Counted from the first letter of the stretch, positions 40,040 through 53,107 are shown. The stretch: DNA of 64,000 nt from Tubulanus polymorphus (GCF_964204645.1 NC_134027.1:13362485-13426484), one strand, 5' to 3'. Translations and numbers: made by a program. The notes: a model not told the origin generated them from the sequence alone.

Positions 40040-41560
40040 AAACAAGATTTCTTCAGGATAAAAACTACGTCCAAATATCTGGCTAAAGTACTCCCCGGCT
40101 CTGGGTACTTTTTCTGATTCTCACATTCGGCACAATATGATTCTTTTAGACAAACTCAAAAATCTCAAACCTGATTGCCAAGAATTTATATCTTTCGACG
40201 CTATATCCTTGTTTACAAATATACCATTGGAACCAACTCTCAATTTATTAAGAAGAAATTACTCCCGGACTCCAATCTTGATCTCCCGATTCCTGTAGAT
40301 TGCTTACTTGAACTTTTGGAGCTCTGTACAACCAATCTATACTTCCAATTCAAAGACAATTTCTATGAACAAATTTTCGGTTTCGCTATGGGTAACCCAT
40401 AATCCCCCATTTTGGCTAATCTTTTCCTTGAACATTTTGAATCCGAAATTCTTCCCAATTACGCTGGCTCTAAACCTAACTTTTAGAGATGTGTTGATGA
40501 CATTCTGTGCTTAGTTTCTGATGATTTTGATCTTAACTCTTTTATTGACTTCATCAGCTCTCAATATCCATCTTTGAAATTCACATTTGAATGGGAACAA
40601 AATGACCAAATTCCGTTTTTAGATGTTCTAATCCACAATAAATACTCTCATTTGTTTTTTCAGTCTACCGTAAACCGATCAACGCTGAGGCATATCTCCA
40701 TTTCTTTTCGTTTACTGCTAAATCAATCAAAATTGGTCTCGCTCAAGGCCTCTTTCTCCGTGGACTGCAGATCTGCGATGAAACCTTCCTTTCGGCTGAA
40801 TTTGACCATATATCCAACTCTCTTAAAAAATTGGCTTACCCTGATCACATTTTGAAAATCGCTATTTCTAAGGCTAAACGTACTTTCTTTAACTCTAAAC
40901 CTCCAAAAAATAAAAAACACATTTCAGAATTCATTGTAGTTCCGTATGTACCTGTTTTGGAAAAGTTTCGTCACTCTCTCCCTTAAATGGATAAACAAAT
41001 CATTTTCACGTATGAAAACAAAATTAGCAAGACTTTGGTAAAAAACAATCAATCTAAACCTTTGGACTGCGGAGTTTACGAAATTCCATGTTTTGGCTGT
41101 GATAAAATGTACTTTGGAGAAACTGGTCGTGATTTAAAAACTCGAATTTCGGAACACAAAAAGGATATAATAAATCAAAAACCGGCTAGTGGCGTAGCCA
41201 ATCACGTTTGGAACACTGATCATCGTTTTAATTTTGAAAGCCGAAATTATTTATACTTCCAGCAATTACACTAAACGCCACACAGTTGAGTCTGCCCTAA
41301 TTACTCGTCACTCAGATATTAGTACCAATCTAAATAATGGCTTTTCTTCCAACAATTCCATTACTCCATGCCTTGCCAAACACTAATTAGTTACTCACTC
41401 ACCAATTTACTCAATTAACCTGTTCTCCTCTTTATATATACCCCTGTTTTTAGTCAATATCTCACACCTGACGATGATCTCTAGTGTGAGATTGAAACGT
41501 CGTGTTCTTAAATTTTAGATTGTTTCAATAAATAATTCTCGATTTTAGATTTCTTTTAAT
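40040..41560 (+). mobile_element. Penelope-like retroelement, 5'-truncated and decayed (RT + GIY-YIG)
   Basis: SFDAISLFTNIP, FYEQIFGFAMGNP, RCVDD, KFTFEWEQNDQIPFLDVLI; GVYEIPCFGCDKMYFGETGRDLKTRISEH; TATA at 41431 and AATAAA at 41527. Confidence 0.92.
41464..41505 (+). ncRNA. Minimal type I hammerhead ribozyme in the Penelope pseudo-LTR
   Basis: acac-CTGACGA-t-gatctc/tagtgt/gagatt-GAAAC-GTC-gtgt: conserved core, stems I and II, palindromic ACGT in place of stem III. Confidence 0.85.
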
Positions 41561-44500
41561 TTTTAAATAGTGGGTTTTTATCTTACGTCTGATAATATCA
41601 TCATTTTTTTATGCATGTTGCTTGCTAAAAGTCACGAATTATGTCATCTTATATGTACGCAGCTTAGTAAAAGTCACAGATTATTCAAGATGAATGTTGG
41701 GAAAAACAACACCGAAAATTTGAAATTTTTGAAACGATTTAAGCTTTTCAAAATCAGAATATTGAAGTATTTTATTAAATTTATTTAGGAGGGACAGAGG
41801 AGATTTTTACCGGGGGGGGGGGGATATTTACTGGGGGATTTTTCCGAATATAAACCATTTTAATGGCAAAAATAATCAAAAATAATGTTGACCTATACTT
41901 GAAAAAGCTGCATTTCTTCCAATTAAATTTTCATTAAATTATTGCCATGAAATAAAGGCAATTACGATTAATCTTAAAACTTCAAAACTTATCACATCAT
42001 ACAAACAGATTTAGCTCGATGGTTATCGGTTAGAGTTTTATCGCTCATATATTTCACATCCTCAAAGAGCATATTCAGAATCTTTAGATTTTAACTGCCC
42101 TGAAAACTATATAGCGTTTGCATACAGTTTTGCACTACTGTTTATACACTGTTTATATTGTCACGAATCACTGCAAATCTGAAGCACATGTCGCTATTTA
42201 TAACAGGGAATCTGGCAAGCGAATCCAAACTGAAAAGAAGATGCTTATGGAGAATGGCATGATCGCGGGGGGGGGCAGACTTGAAATAAATGCCATTGAG
42301 AAATTTAGATAAATGTTCGAGAATCTAGCTTTTGAAGGGCCACAGGTGCGTAAGGCACAAAAGGGGTATGGTCTTTAAAGAATGAGATGCGTTTAGGTGC
42401 TTTCTGAGCACTTTCTTAGTTGAAATTAGGAATGGTATATGCTCACGATTTCAGGCATGTTTTATGTAAAAAGGACAATAATAACAATAGATTCAAGGAG
42501 GCTAAGAATATATAATGTATAAAATGAAGGTTAAAATCTATCTAAGCCCACGAACTGTTGAAGAATTTCAGAATGTAACGCTATGCAGAAATACGACAAT
42601 AACGGTTTTACACTGGTATCCTTTAACAGCAGGCGATGAAAAAAATTGTCAGAAAAGTGGATGAGGGCCTGGCCCCATGTCTATGTATTGTTCTCTGAAT
42701 CCAAGAACATGTCTATCGCACATTTGAGCCTAAACGTCTACTTTTATTTAGTAGCCATTTAAGATTTGCGGTGATACGTGACAACATGAACACACTGAGA
42801 AACTAGTGGAAAATTCTATACTCACGCTATAAGTTGGGGTACAGTTGTATTTTGAGCGACTCAGTTAAGTTCTGAAGATACTCTGACCAATAAAAATCGA
42901 GATTGGAGTAAATTAGTTTACAAATTGTCATTGGTTATGCAGTTTTACGATGAATTGAAATGTCCTTCTTTTTATGGCGATATTAGTTTAATGAAGAATT
43001 CGATTTTAACAAATGCAGCTATTTTCGAGCATGTCTGCATTCATTTTTGATTTGATTTCTTAAATTAAAAGCGTAATCATAAATTCAGGCTAACCTCTCA
43101 TTATTGAAATGGTCGTTTATTTTCAAAGGGGGTCTGGATGTCTTTGCATCATAAATTAAGATGTGCATTTTGGAGTGTTCGAACCTCCCATGATTTTATA
43201 TTAATTTCGCTGAATCGTTGATTCAAAAAATAAAATATGCTGTATCTATAATGGATTGATGTGGATCTATCAATGCATTCTAAAGAAATCTTCCGAACTG
43301 AGGCCGAATTTAATAGAAATAAGAAATTTCGTATAGTATTCAAGATTTCATTTGGATTACGGTAACGGCCTTTGGTGATCTTCACCGTGGGGTCATGAAT
43401 GAAGAAATACCGTAATAAAACTCTTCATATGATAACATGTGTTAAGACGAAGCCGCAACGTTTTGACTGTTGACTAACAGCCATCATCAGGTGGAATGTA
43501 GACATTCCAGTGATTTGAGCTTTAAGTCAGATGGCAGTCACTGAAAATCCGAACGTTGTTGTGGTTTAACTTTGATAATTAAATGTCATCGTATAAAATG
43601 TTATTGCGGAATTTCTTCATTTATCGGATTAGTGTTCTATTCGACTACTTCGGGTCATGTAGTCGTTTAGATAGAAAATTATTTACTTGTCGGCACGGAA
43701 GGTATATACAACCGTGTCAGTCGCTTTGGGAGAGATTCTCTGTATATCGGCATCTTAAATCAGCACCTTTGTTGGTCCTAGCCTGCATTCACTTCCAAAT
43801 TAACGCATTGGTAACGTTATTCCTACTCTGAATGCACTTCTGTCGTAGAATATGGTGCCACTGATATAAAAGTAGTTTTTATTTTACGATAATTTGAGAA
43901 AATGAGTTATATTGGAAAAATACTGATGAAGTACCTTAAAATTCAGCGATTCATTGGCATTCTATTTCATTGGCATCTTTAAATAGAGTTTTGAGGTGCT
44001 AAGTCTATTACTATTAAGAGGTCGCAATTTTGGTTCGTGGTCAGTGCAGTTTGTTTATTTGTTCATCAATCACTGTCTAGTTAGCCAGTGTAATTCACCT
44101 GTTGACCGGGCTTTTGATAACCTATACAAACAATTCACTGAACAAAGTAGGAAAGCATGTGAAACTGAAATTTCAGCCTTGCATTCTTTTAGTTAGACCA
44201 GAAGAGGTTTTTTTTATCAAGTTGAAATAACTGATTTCAAAATTACGTGAACATCTCAACTGAATTTATTTCAGTATTTCAATCAATAATGATAATTGTT
44301 AGGCTTATTCTCACTGGCATACGCTCAGTGAGTAATAGGTATTAGATTATAATATAATGCACTATTATTTTAATCTTATATTAGAAGTTGTTATATCATT
44401 TCAACCAAACTGTATAACTATGAAATGAAATTTCGGTTAAGGTATATCAATTCTAACAAGCGATAAAAGGGTTCAATATTCATAAACGAACAAGCAGAGA

Positions 44501-45997
44501 ACAGCGTGACAAAGTGAACATCACATGGATTACTTAAAAATTGATTGTCTTTCATCCAAGTAAAGAGATCTAAAGACATAATCCATTTCATGAACATATG
44601 ATTTTATTTGTATTTTCGTCTCTCATATATCCTTGAAGACAAATTCATTTCTACAGAATCAAAGATTTATGACAGTATGAATGCACGAGCATGTTTTATT
44701 ATCGCAATTATAAAACAAAAATCATAAAATTCCAAATTAGATCTGGCACAACACTTGTGTTAACGGATTTAATCCATAATGATGTTATATAAATCAATAG
44801 TTTTCCTACTGGTTATTCCCATTTTGTTGAGCGTGATATAATTTAGGGGGTTCTTAGCAACTCAGAAACTAGGATTTCTATTGACAGAACTGTATTCAAA
44901 GCATACAGAGTTCTGTATACAAGGCATATGGGGTTTAACAGTACCTTTGACCCTGTCACGTATCACTGCAAATTTTTAACAGATGTGGCTATTTTGACCA
45001 GGAAATTACCGTGCCATCTCAAAATGGTCATTTTTCACTAGTTGACTTTTAGAAACGATGTGTTTTGAGAGTAGCTATTGTGGTAGGAATTACTATCACT
45101 AAGTCGCTGTTTACAATCGGTTGGTTACAGTCACATCTACTGCCAGTGTGCACTATCAAAATGCTAGCACACTAGCACATCAGATGTTTTACAACAGTCA
45201 CTTTTCAGCAGTAGACTCTTTCAAACAGCTTCTATGGAAAACCAACTGAATTGAAAGGTAGACTATTTCGGCGTCAGTTTATTTGTTATTTGTGATTACA
45301 TCCAGCAGTCAAATGATTTCATTTCAATCGTTGCCTCAACTTACAATCGTCACGATTTTTTATATATTTTTCTGTCATATCTGAAACTCGGGTCCCCAGG
45401 GCGAATCCCTATCAAAGCCGTAAGACTACATCGAAGTACCGATGACGTAAGCCGAAAGCCGTTACCGCTCTCCGCAAAATAGATTCGTTACCGTAATCCA
45501 ACTGAATTTTTATAGAATATATGTAACGAAATTTATCAATGAATCGGTCAAATGAAACATTTTCTTTAGAATATGTAAAATGTGCATGGATTCAGCGTAA
45601 ATTCAAATCAGCGAAATTAATATAATAATCAACGATTCAGTGATTCAGCGAAGTTCGAACACCCCCAAAACAATGCACATCTGACTCCAATTCTATATAA
45701 ATTGTCATCCGATTCTAGAAACGTTTTCGTATCAATCATGGCAATTGCGCAATTATAAGGCTCTCACTTAAACTTCTTTTAAACCCTTAATTTGGAATGT
45801 GTACGATGTACATTCCTAACTGTTCAAGTCATTCCTCAATGATAGGAGACGTTTGACTGAAACACTTTTGGATTCCTCGTTAGTCAAAACTACAAATCAA
45901 CCGACTGATATCGGACCAGCAATAACTTCAAAAACTGATCAAGTTAACTGACTGATCTTAATCTTGGATTAGTGAATACTGCAAATATAATGCAGTA

Positions 45998-46221
45998 AAC
46001 CGACCTAGGTTACAATATTGTAGCCTCGATCAGTGTATGCAGATAAATCCGCGCGAGTCAACCGACCTAGGTTACAATATTGTAGCCTCGGTCAGTGTAT
46101 GCAGATAAATCCGCACGAGTCAACCGACCTAGGTTACAATATTGTAGCCTCGGTCAGTGTATGCAGATAAATCCGCGCGAGTCAACCGACCTAGGTTACA
46201 ATATTGTAGCCTCGGTCAGTG
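45998..46221. repeat. 62-bp tandem repeat (~3.6 copies) with near-palindromic core
   Basis: aaccgacctaggttacaatattgtagcctcggtcagtgtatgcagataaatccgcgcgagtc; inverted core copies at 36888-36990. Confidence 0.93.
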
Positions 46222-46470
46222 TTCCACTGATGAATCATACATTTGCCTCAACCTAGTCTGCCAGGTTACTTATTGCTTTGTCTTCATCCTGGCCCAATCA
46301 TAACGGTATTTCTTTTTTCAGCTTTACAACTGATTCCACGAATTTAATAATTCCATTTTCGAATAGTGTTTAATGTAGTTTTCTAGATGGATGGTTCTAG
46401 AATCAACATGTATTACGCAATACTCAACGTGTTGGGGCTTGTAAATTTATGAGACTCGTGATTATATAGA

Positions 46471-46603
46471 AGTAATAGGGTATTTGTTGTTTTGTATCAA
46501 AGGTTGAGGGGTCGAAAAATAAATTCGAGTGTGCGAGACCCTTTTGCGAGACCCTTTTTCGACCCTTCGACCTTTGGTATAGTACAACTAATACCCTATT
46601 ACT
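46471..46603. repeat. 133-bp imperfect palindrome AGT...ACT, probable Polinton terminus
   Basis: agtaatagggtatttgttgt ... acaactaataccctattact; core homologous to the hairpin at 23568-23619. Confidence 0.75.
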
Positions 46604-47822
46604 AACATCTATATCTAATGAATGCTCCTGTACTTTCTTAAGAACAAATAGAGGCTTTCGTAGCTTGCTCAGACAAACTCCTGCGGCATTTGGCAAATGT
46701 CCCATTATGGGCAAACAGGATGCCGAGGTACTTAAATCGATCGACAATTTCGATGATTTTATCACCAATGTGGAAATCCGGCGTCCTTCTAGTTTTCCTT
46801 TTTTTGGAAAATGACCGCTTTAGTTTTTAGCATTGGTTGACGTCTATGACGTCATGCCAATGCTAGTAAAATGGATCGAAAATAGTAGTACGAAAAAATA
46901 GCGCCGACTCTTCTCATTTTCATAGTAACTTCAAATTGTCACTCCGTTCACGTAAAACACTAGAAACAGCTGAAAATGACTAAAAAAATGTTTCAATTAT
47001 TCCCCATAACATAGCGTCGCCAGATTTCTGATTTAATGGTCCAAAAAATTATTCCATCGCATTTTTCTCGTTCATTATCTGGTAGATGAGAGCGGGTTAA
47101 ACAATCGCGTAGCGATATGTCAGCATTGACATTGGCAGTAAAGAATGGGGAACAGCCTCTTCTGAATAGAAAAACATAAAATTATATACCGCCGGTTAAT
47201 AAATATCACAGTGTTTGGATATCACTGTTTTTCCAACTATCAGTATCCATGGGATTATTTGGGATTCATTCTCGGCGTCAGAATACGTATTTCTAGAGCA
47301 GTGGAACGGCAGCCTACTCGTGACTGAAACCCGTATGTGATCGTGCGGGAACGCCTTTATAAAGTTAAAACCATTTCATGATGACACGAAACATCAAACG
47401 GTAAACGGTAGGCTACCACCATGATACGATATCACCAATAAAGATAGATCATTTTTATTCAATTTTACCAGAGTTGTTTATTGGAGGAAAATATCATTGT
47501 TAATATCATTGTTAAGTACGCCAAGAACAACCATGTTGTATCATCAATCAGTTGACTGACATTGTAAAATTCGATTCGGCTATATTCTAATATAAGTTTT
47601 CACTTTAGGACGCCCTACCCACCTGCTGCGCACTCATAAGGCGGTAGCACCCTCTTACGCACTCGGCAGAGATTCGCTTTGTAATGCGCGTCGGGAAAAA
47701 ATACCTTTTATTATCTTTTCCATGCGTTAAACAACAGTGATTGAATTTACGCGTTGTTTGTCGTAAATTGCAATAATGCGATGGTTATTTGCCGCTGCTG
47801 TAGTTTTTTGGAATTGAATCGA

Positions 47823-48056
47823 GCGGCCTCGGTAGCTCAGTGAGATAAGGCGTGATGCTGTTGAATCCACTATCAATGCTACTAATGAGTGACAAATGGG
47901 TTCGAGTCCTGCTGGCTGCGAACAGTGTGCGGGCAACACTTCAAAGACCGTCGTACCGTCGTGAGGTTAAATGAACAATCCAATAGGAATAGTCTTGGAA
48001 AACCAAGATCCAAACGATGTACGTAAAGGCAAACGAACAAAAAGACAAACAAACAA
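47823..48056 (+). mobile_element. tRNA-derived SINE
   Basis: Box A tagctcagtgag, box B ggttcgagtcc with over-long spacing, gcggcc/ggctgc acceptor-like stem, (acaa)n tail. Confidence 0.75.
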
Positions 48057-50861
48057 TCATCAGCCGGCCGCAGTGACACCAACGCCGACATCGCTCTCTG
48101 CGACGTTTTGCATGCGTACATGCATCAGAGCTTGCCGCTCTAAGATCAGAGGGTCTTGCAAATGCATTCAGAAAAATCGTTCTGTTTTTGTTTTCATTAT
48201 TCAGTGGGGCCTAACAGTTCATGCGTAAAAATAGGTTTTTGTATCCAAATCTTGATTGATATAAATATCTTGGCTGAGACATGAATAATTGGAAAAGTAG
48301 GCTTTCATACCAGAGGACGCGAGGACGAGACACCACTCATCACCACAAGTAATTTTTTTTCCTAATAAATGGGAGAGAATGGACACCAGACAGAAAACAA
48401 TAATGTTAATAAAAATCAATATTATTGCACATATTGTAAAAAATACATCGATACATCTAATAAAACACGACATGAAAAAACTGCAAATCATATAAAAAAT
48501 GTAATAGATTTTGAAACTCCAGAAAATTCCAATGAAAGAAAAGAAAGATTAGAAAATATGAATGTGGATGAAATAAAATGTGAAGTTTGTAATGAATTTA
48601 TAGTAAAAAGGAATTATAATAGACATCTCGAATCACAAAAACATTATAAAAATTTAAATAAAAATGTTTTAGTAAAAAAACCAAGTTCAAAAACTAAATC
48701 CATTTCAAATAAACCTTACATGGAAAATGTTAGAAATTATATTGATTCATTAGAAATAAAAGATACAATTGAAATTTTAGAAACATTACGCAGTAAAATT
48801 GGTCCTGCAGCTATTATATTTAGATTTTTTAAAGGTACAACAATAGAAGATTATAGTAAATTTAATGAAATAATAGAAAAAATACTAGATTTGATAACAG
48901 ATGTTGAATATCCAAAAATTAGTATCTCTGGGAAAGTAAGTTTTATAAAGTCAGAAGAAAAAATGGATTATAATATTCAAACACTCTCTGAAGAAATAAT
49001 TTCAAAAACACAAATAAAAGAGAAGTTAGAAAAAATATTTAATGAATTTAAACGTCAAAATGACAAAATGATTGAATTAGAAAGTGATTTTGCAAAATTA
49101 TTAAACAAAAATAAAAGAATAGTTATGACAAAAGAAGATGAAATTGATTTTAATTATGCAACTCATTGTTGTTATTGTGAAAAACGTTTTTATTCATTTG
49201 ATAAAAAAGTTAGAGATCATGATCATTTAAATTCAAAATATCGTGGAGCTGCTCATGAAGATTGCAATTTACAAGCTAAGAAAGTTAATTTCGTACCAAT
49301 ATTATTTCATAATTTATCAGGCTATGATACCCATCTATTTATAAAACAATTATCGGGAAAATTGGGTGCAATTAATCAAGAAATAGAAGAATATAATGCT
49401 ATGAATGGTGTAAATGTAAGAAAATATGATTTTAAACTATTAGCTAAAACATCCGAAAATTATATTTCATTTCAATTTGGTTGCATTAGATTTTTAGATT
49501 CTTATAGATTTCTAGCAAGTTCATTAGATTATTTATCAAAAAGTTTAGTTGATAATGATTTTGTTATAACTCGATATTATTATCCAAATGAACAAGATTT
49601 TAAATTATTGAGATATGAAGGCGCAATTCCTTATTCATTTTATAAAACACACAATGATTTTAATGTAACAGAATTATTAAAAGATCAATTTTATGATCAA
49701 TTAAAAGAGGAGTATGTGAAAGACGAAGTGTTTAATAGAACATTAAATATTTGGAGCCATTTTAAGATGAAAAATCATGGTGAATTAGTTGATTTATATT
49801 TAAAATCAGATGTTATGATATTGGCTGACATATTTGAAAAATTTAGAGAAGTTAATTTGAATCATTTTAATGTTGATCCTTGTTATTGCTACTCTAGTCC
49901 TGGTTTAACCTGGCAATGTGGTTTAAAATATACAAATGTAGAATTAGATTTATTAAAAGAACCAGATATGGTTTTATTATTTGAAAAATCAATTAGAGGT
50001 GGAATTAGTGGTGTTATGGGTGATAGATATTTTAAAGCAAATGATGAATATAAATTATTATATATTGATGCCAATAATTTATATGGTTGGGCAATGATGC
50101 AACCCCAACCATACAAAAATTTTATATTAACAGAAGTTGAAAATGATAACAAAACTGATTGGGAAAGCGCAATTGCGAGTTTAAAAGATGAAGCACCAAT
50201 TGGTTATTTCTTTGTAGTTGATTTAGAATATCCTGAAAATATAAAGTTTAAAACAAGAAACTTACCTTATTGCCCAGAACATTTAACCGTAGATGATAGT
50301 TATTTAAGTGAATACCAGAAGAAAATAAAACCGAAAGATCATGATTTTACAGAAAAATTAATACTTACTCAAAATAATAAATACAATTATATTGTTCATT
50401 ATAGAATGTTAAAATTTTATCTAAAGCAAGGAATGAAATTAAAGAAAGTACATAGATATATTGAATTTAATCAATCGAAGTGGTTAGAAAAAATATATAG
50501 ATTTCAATACTCAACAGAGAACCATATCAAAAACAGATTTTGAAAAAGATTTCTTCAAATTAATGAACAATAGTTTTTATGGTAAAACATGCGAAAATAT
50601 TAGAAATAGAAATGATATTGAATTAGTAAATAATTCTGAAAGATTAAGACATTTACAATCAAGTCCTAGACATTTAGGAAAAAAAGATTTGAAGATTATT
50701 TCACAGCAGTTAAATTAAAAAGAACGTCAATGAAATTTAATAAACCTATATTCATTGGTTCAACTGTTTTAGAAGTATCAAAATTATTAATGTATGATTT
50801 TTATTATAATGTTTTTCAACCACTTTTTGGGGAAAAGCATATTGAAATATTATATTTTGAT

Positions 50862-51926
50862 TCTGTAACAGCTGACACCCCAATATTATTAAAATGTAAT
50901 GATAAAATATTAATTAGAAGAATTTCAGAAATAATTCCAAAACAAAATGAATGTTATATTTCATATGGTGAAAAAGAATTAATACAAATAAATGGATTAA
51001 TGGATGTTTGGACAAGAAATGGATGGAAAAAATTAAAGAATATTATTAGACATAAAACAAATAAGAAAATCTATAGAGTTAGAACTAAATTAGGATTTGT
51101 AGATGTTACAGAAGATCATAGTTTAATTAAACGAAATGGCGATGAAATAAAACCAACTGATATAAAAATTGGAGACGAATTATTACATAAAAGATTTTTC
51201 CAAAGAATGAATCATATGACATTCGATGAAATTATTGATAATATTTATAATATAGAACCCGAAACATTAGAAGAAAAAGAATATTTTATCAAAGGATTTT
51301 TTATGGGAGATGGTTCAGCAGGTGTGTATAAATATGTTAATCGCACTCAATATCGTTGGTATTTATGCAATCAAGATTTGAAATTATTAGAAAGAATAAA
51401 GAAATTCTGCGAAGAAGTTTATTCACATAAAACATTTAGAATCATGGATCATATGAAATCATCCGCGGTTTATAGAATATTTGTAAATAATCCTAAAAAT
51501 TTTGCTACAAAATATAATGATGAATTCTATATTCATGCAATAGTGAAAAGTAATACTTCAACAAAAGAAAAGATAGTTCCAGATTATGTATTAAATGCAA
51601 AAATTAATTTAAGAAAATGGTTCTTCATTGGGTTCTATGCTGCAGATGGTTTAAAAAGTTTCAAAAACCGCAAAACGATATCTTTAGCTCAAAAAGGAAA
51701 AGTTGCTATATCAGGATTGAATATATTATGCAATTCATTAGGTTTTAATATGAATATTGGATTGATTAAATCTAAACCAAATTGCTTTTATTTAAGCCAT
51801 GTAGAAAATGAGTTAACAGAAGAAGTTAAAGATTTATTTGAAATATATAACCCAACAGATTATGTTTATGATTTATCAACTGAAGATGGTACATTTAACT
51901 GTGGATTTCCATTAATAGCGGTCAAT
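50862..51926 (+). mobile_element. Intein (355 aa) with LAGLIDADG-type homing endonuclease
   Basis: Block A SVTADTPILL, block B VDVTEDHSL, FIKGFFMGDGS and FFIGFYAADG, block F YVYDLSTEDGTF, terminal AVN followed by +1 Thr; removal restores YFDTDSY as in 19420..19767. Confidence 0.95.
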
Positions 51927-52368
51927 ACTGACAGTTACATACTAAAAATCAAGACAAATGATATAACAAAAGACTTAAAAACATTAAAACATCATTTTGA
52001 TTTTAGCAATTATCCCAAAGATCATGAACTATTTAGCAATGATAATAAAAAGATTCCTGGTAAATTTAAAGATGAATTAGGGGGTGATGAAATGATTGAA
52101 TTTGTTGGGATAAGAAGTAAAATGTATAGTTATAGAACAAAAGATCATGAAGCTAAAAAGTTAAAAGGAATAACAAAACATGTGGTTGATAAACATATAG
52201 AATTTCAAGATTATATAAAGTGCTTATATAACTCAATTGTAATGAAACACAAAATGAATTGTTTAAGATCAGAAGATCACGAGATATACATTAATGAAGT
52301 TGAAAAAACTAGTTTGAATCCATTTGATGATAAAAGGCATATTTTAGATGATGGAATAAAAACATTAC

Positions 52369-52849
52369 TATTCTGCCCGTGCGGCAGATAGCGAACCGGA
52401 AACCGACGAAAACGCAAACAAACAGGCAATTCCGGAGAAGTCTGTATTTATTGATACGCCGTCGATTCGAGACGGTAAAAAACTGAAATAACAGAGATAA
52501 TTTTAATTATTAACTGAAACGACTAAATAAACTAAATCTCAGGACAATGAATAAAGGATAAATGCTTACACTGTACGTGGGCAAGTTCCAAGGTAGATAC
52601 GCGAAGAGATACAGATACGCGGATGTATGGAAGATTTTCCTAGTTACAGCAAGTATTAGCAGACAATAAAAATAGACACGTATACGGAAGTAAACAAACT
52701 CCGGGGAACTAAAAAATACGTATATAGACTCTGGAGCTAAACCGCGGTTACAGACTCACTAAACTGACTGTATAAAAAAGTGTAGATCTCACTACAGACA
52801 AGCACTAAATCTAAATGCATGCATAACGATGTAACCATGTTACAGCACA
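52369..52849. mobile_element. Probable solo LTR (481 bp) with 5-bp TSD
   Basis: ATTAC duplicated at 52364-52368 and 52850-52854; ends tattctg...cagcaca; removal restores KTLPYGY*. Confidence 0.75.
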
Positions 52850-53012
52850 ATTACCTTATGGTTATTAAAACATAAAATCAATATCATCGAACTCGAAATC
52901 ACTATTGGCTTCTTCATTTTTATTTAATTGTTTAGGTTCTTCTTCCATTTCATTTTTCTCATTTAAATAAAGTTCTATCTTGTTCCACATTTCATCTCGC
53001 TCTCTTTGTTTC

Positions 53013-53063
53013 TTTTTTGATGGGTTTCGTCGTCAGACGAACCCATCTATGGCATCGTCGTCA

Positions 53064-53107
<44 letters not shown>

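Larger units (their letters stand above)
37748..45666. repeat. Inner inverted-repeat pair, possible nested TIR transposon
   Basis: gggtgtttgaacttcgccgaat (37748) versus attcagcgaagttcgaacaccc (45643-45664). Confidence 0.5.
36736..46378. mobile_element. Foldback-like element bounded by long imperfect inverted repeats
   Basis: 36745-36990 is the reverse complement of ~46120-46365 (ttcgaaaatggaattattaaattc / gaatttaataattccattttcgaa); no transposase recognised. Confidence 0.7.
48369..52868 (+). pseudogene. polB: Protein-primed PolB with intein; frameshifts near 50490 and 50685; solo LTR in the last codons
   Basis: VRDHDH..YRGAAH..CNL, FHNLSGYD, YIDANNLYGWAM, KLMNNSFYGK, YFD[intein]TDS, KMY. 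Confidence 0.95.

Noticed and set aside
42900-44200. Transposase remnant inside the foldback-like element
   Set aside because: No DDE or DNA-binding motif could be read with confidence
45998-46221. CRISPR-like array of palindromic repeats
   Set aside because: Spacers are near-identical to each other, no cas genes, eukaryotic context
47823-47920. Functional tRNA gene
   Set aside because: No clean anticodon arm, over-long A-B spacing and a SINE-like body and tail
50480-50730. Programmed frameshifting or an alternative genetic code in PolB and MCP
   Set aside because: Breaks fall at different positions in each copy, often in A/T homopolymers; decay or sequencing error is simpler
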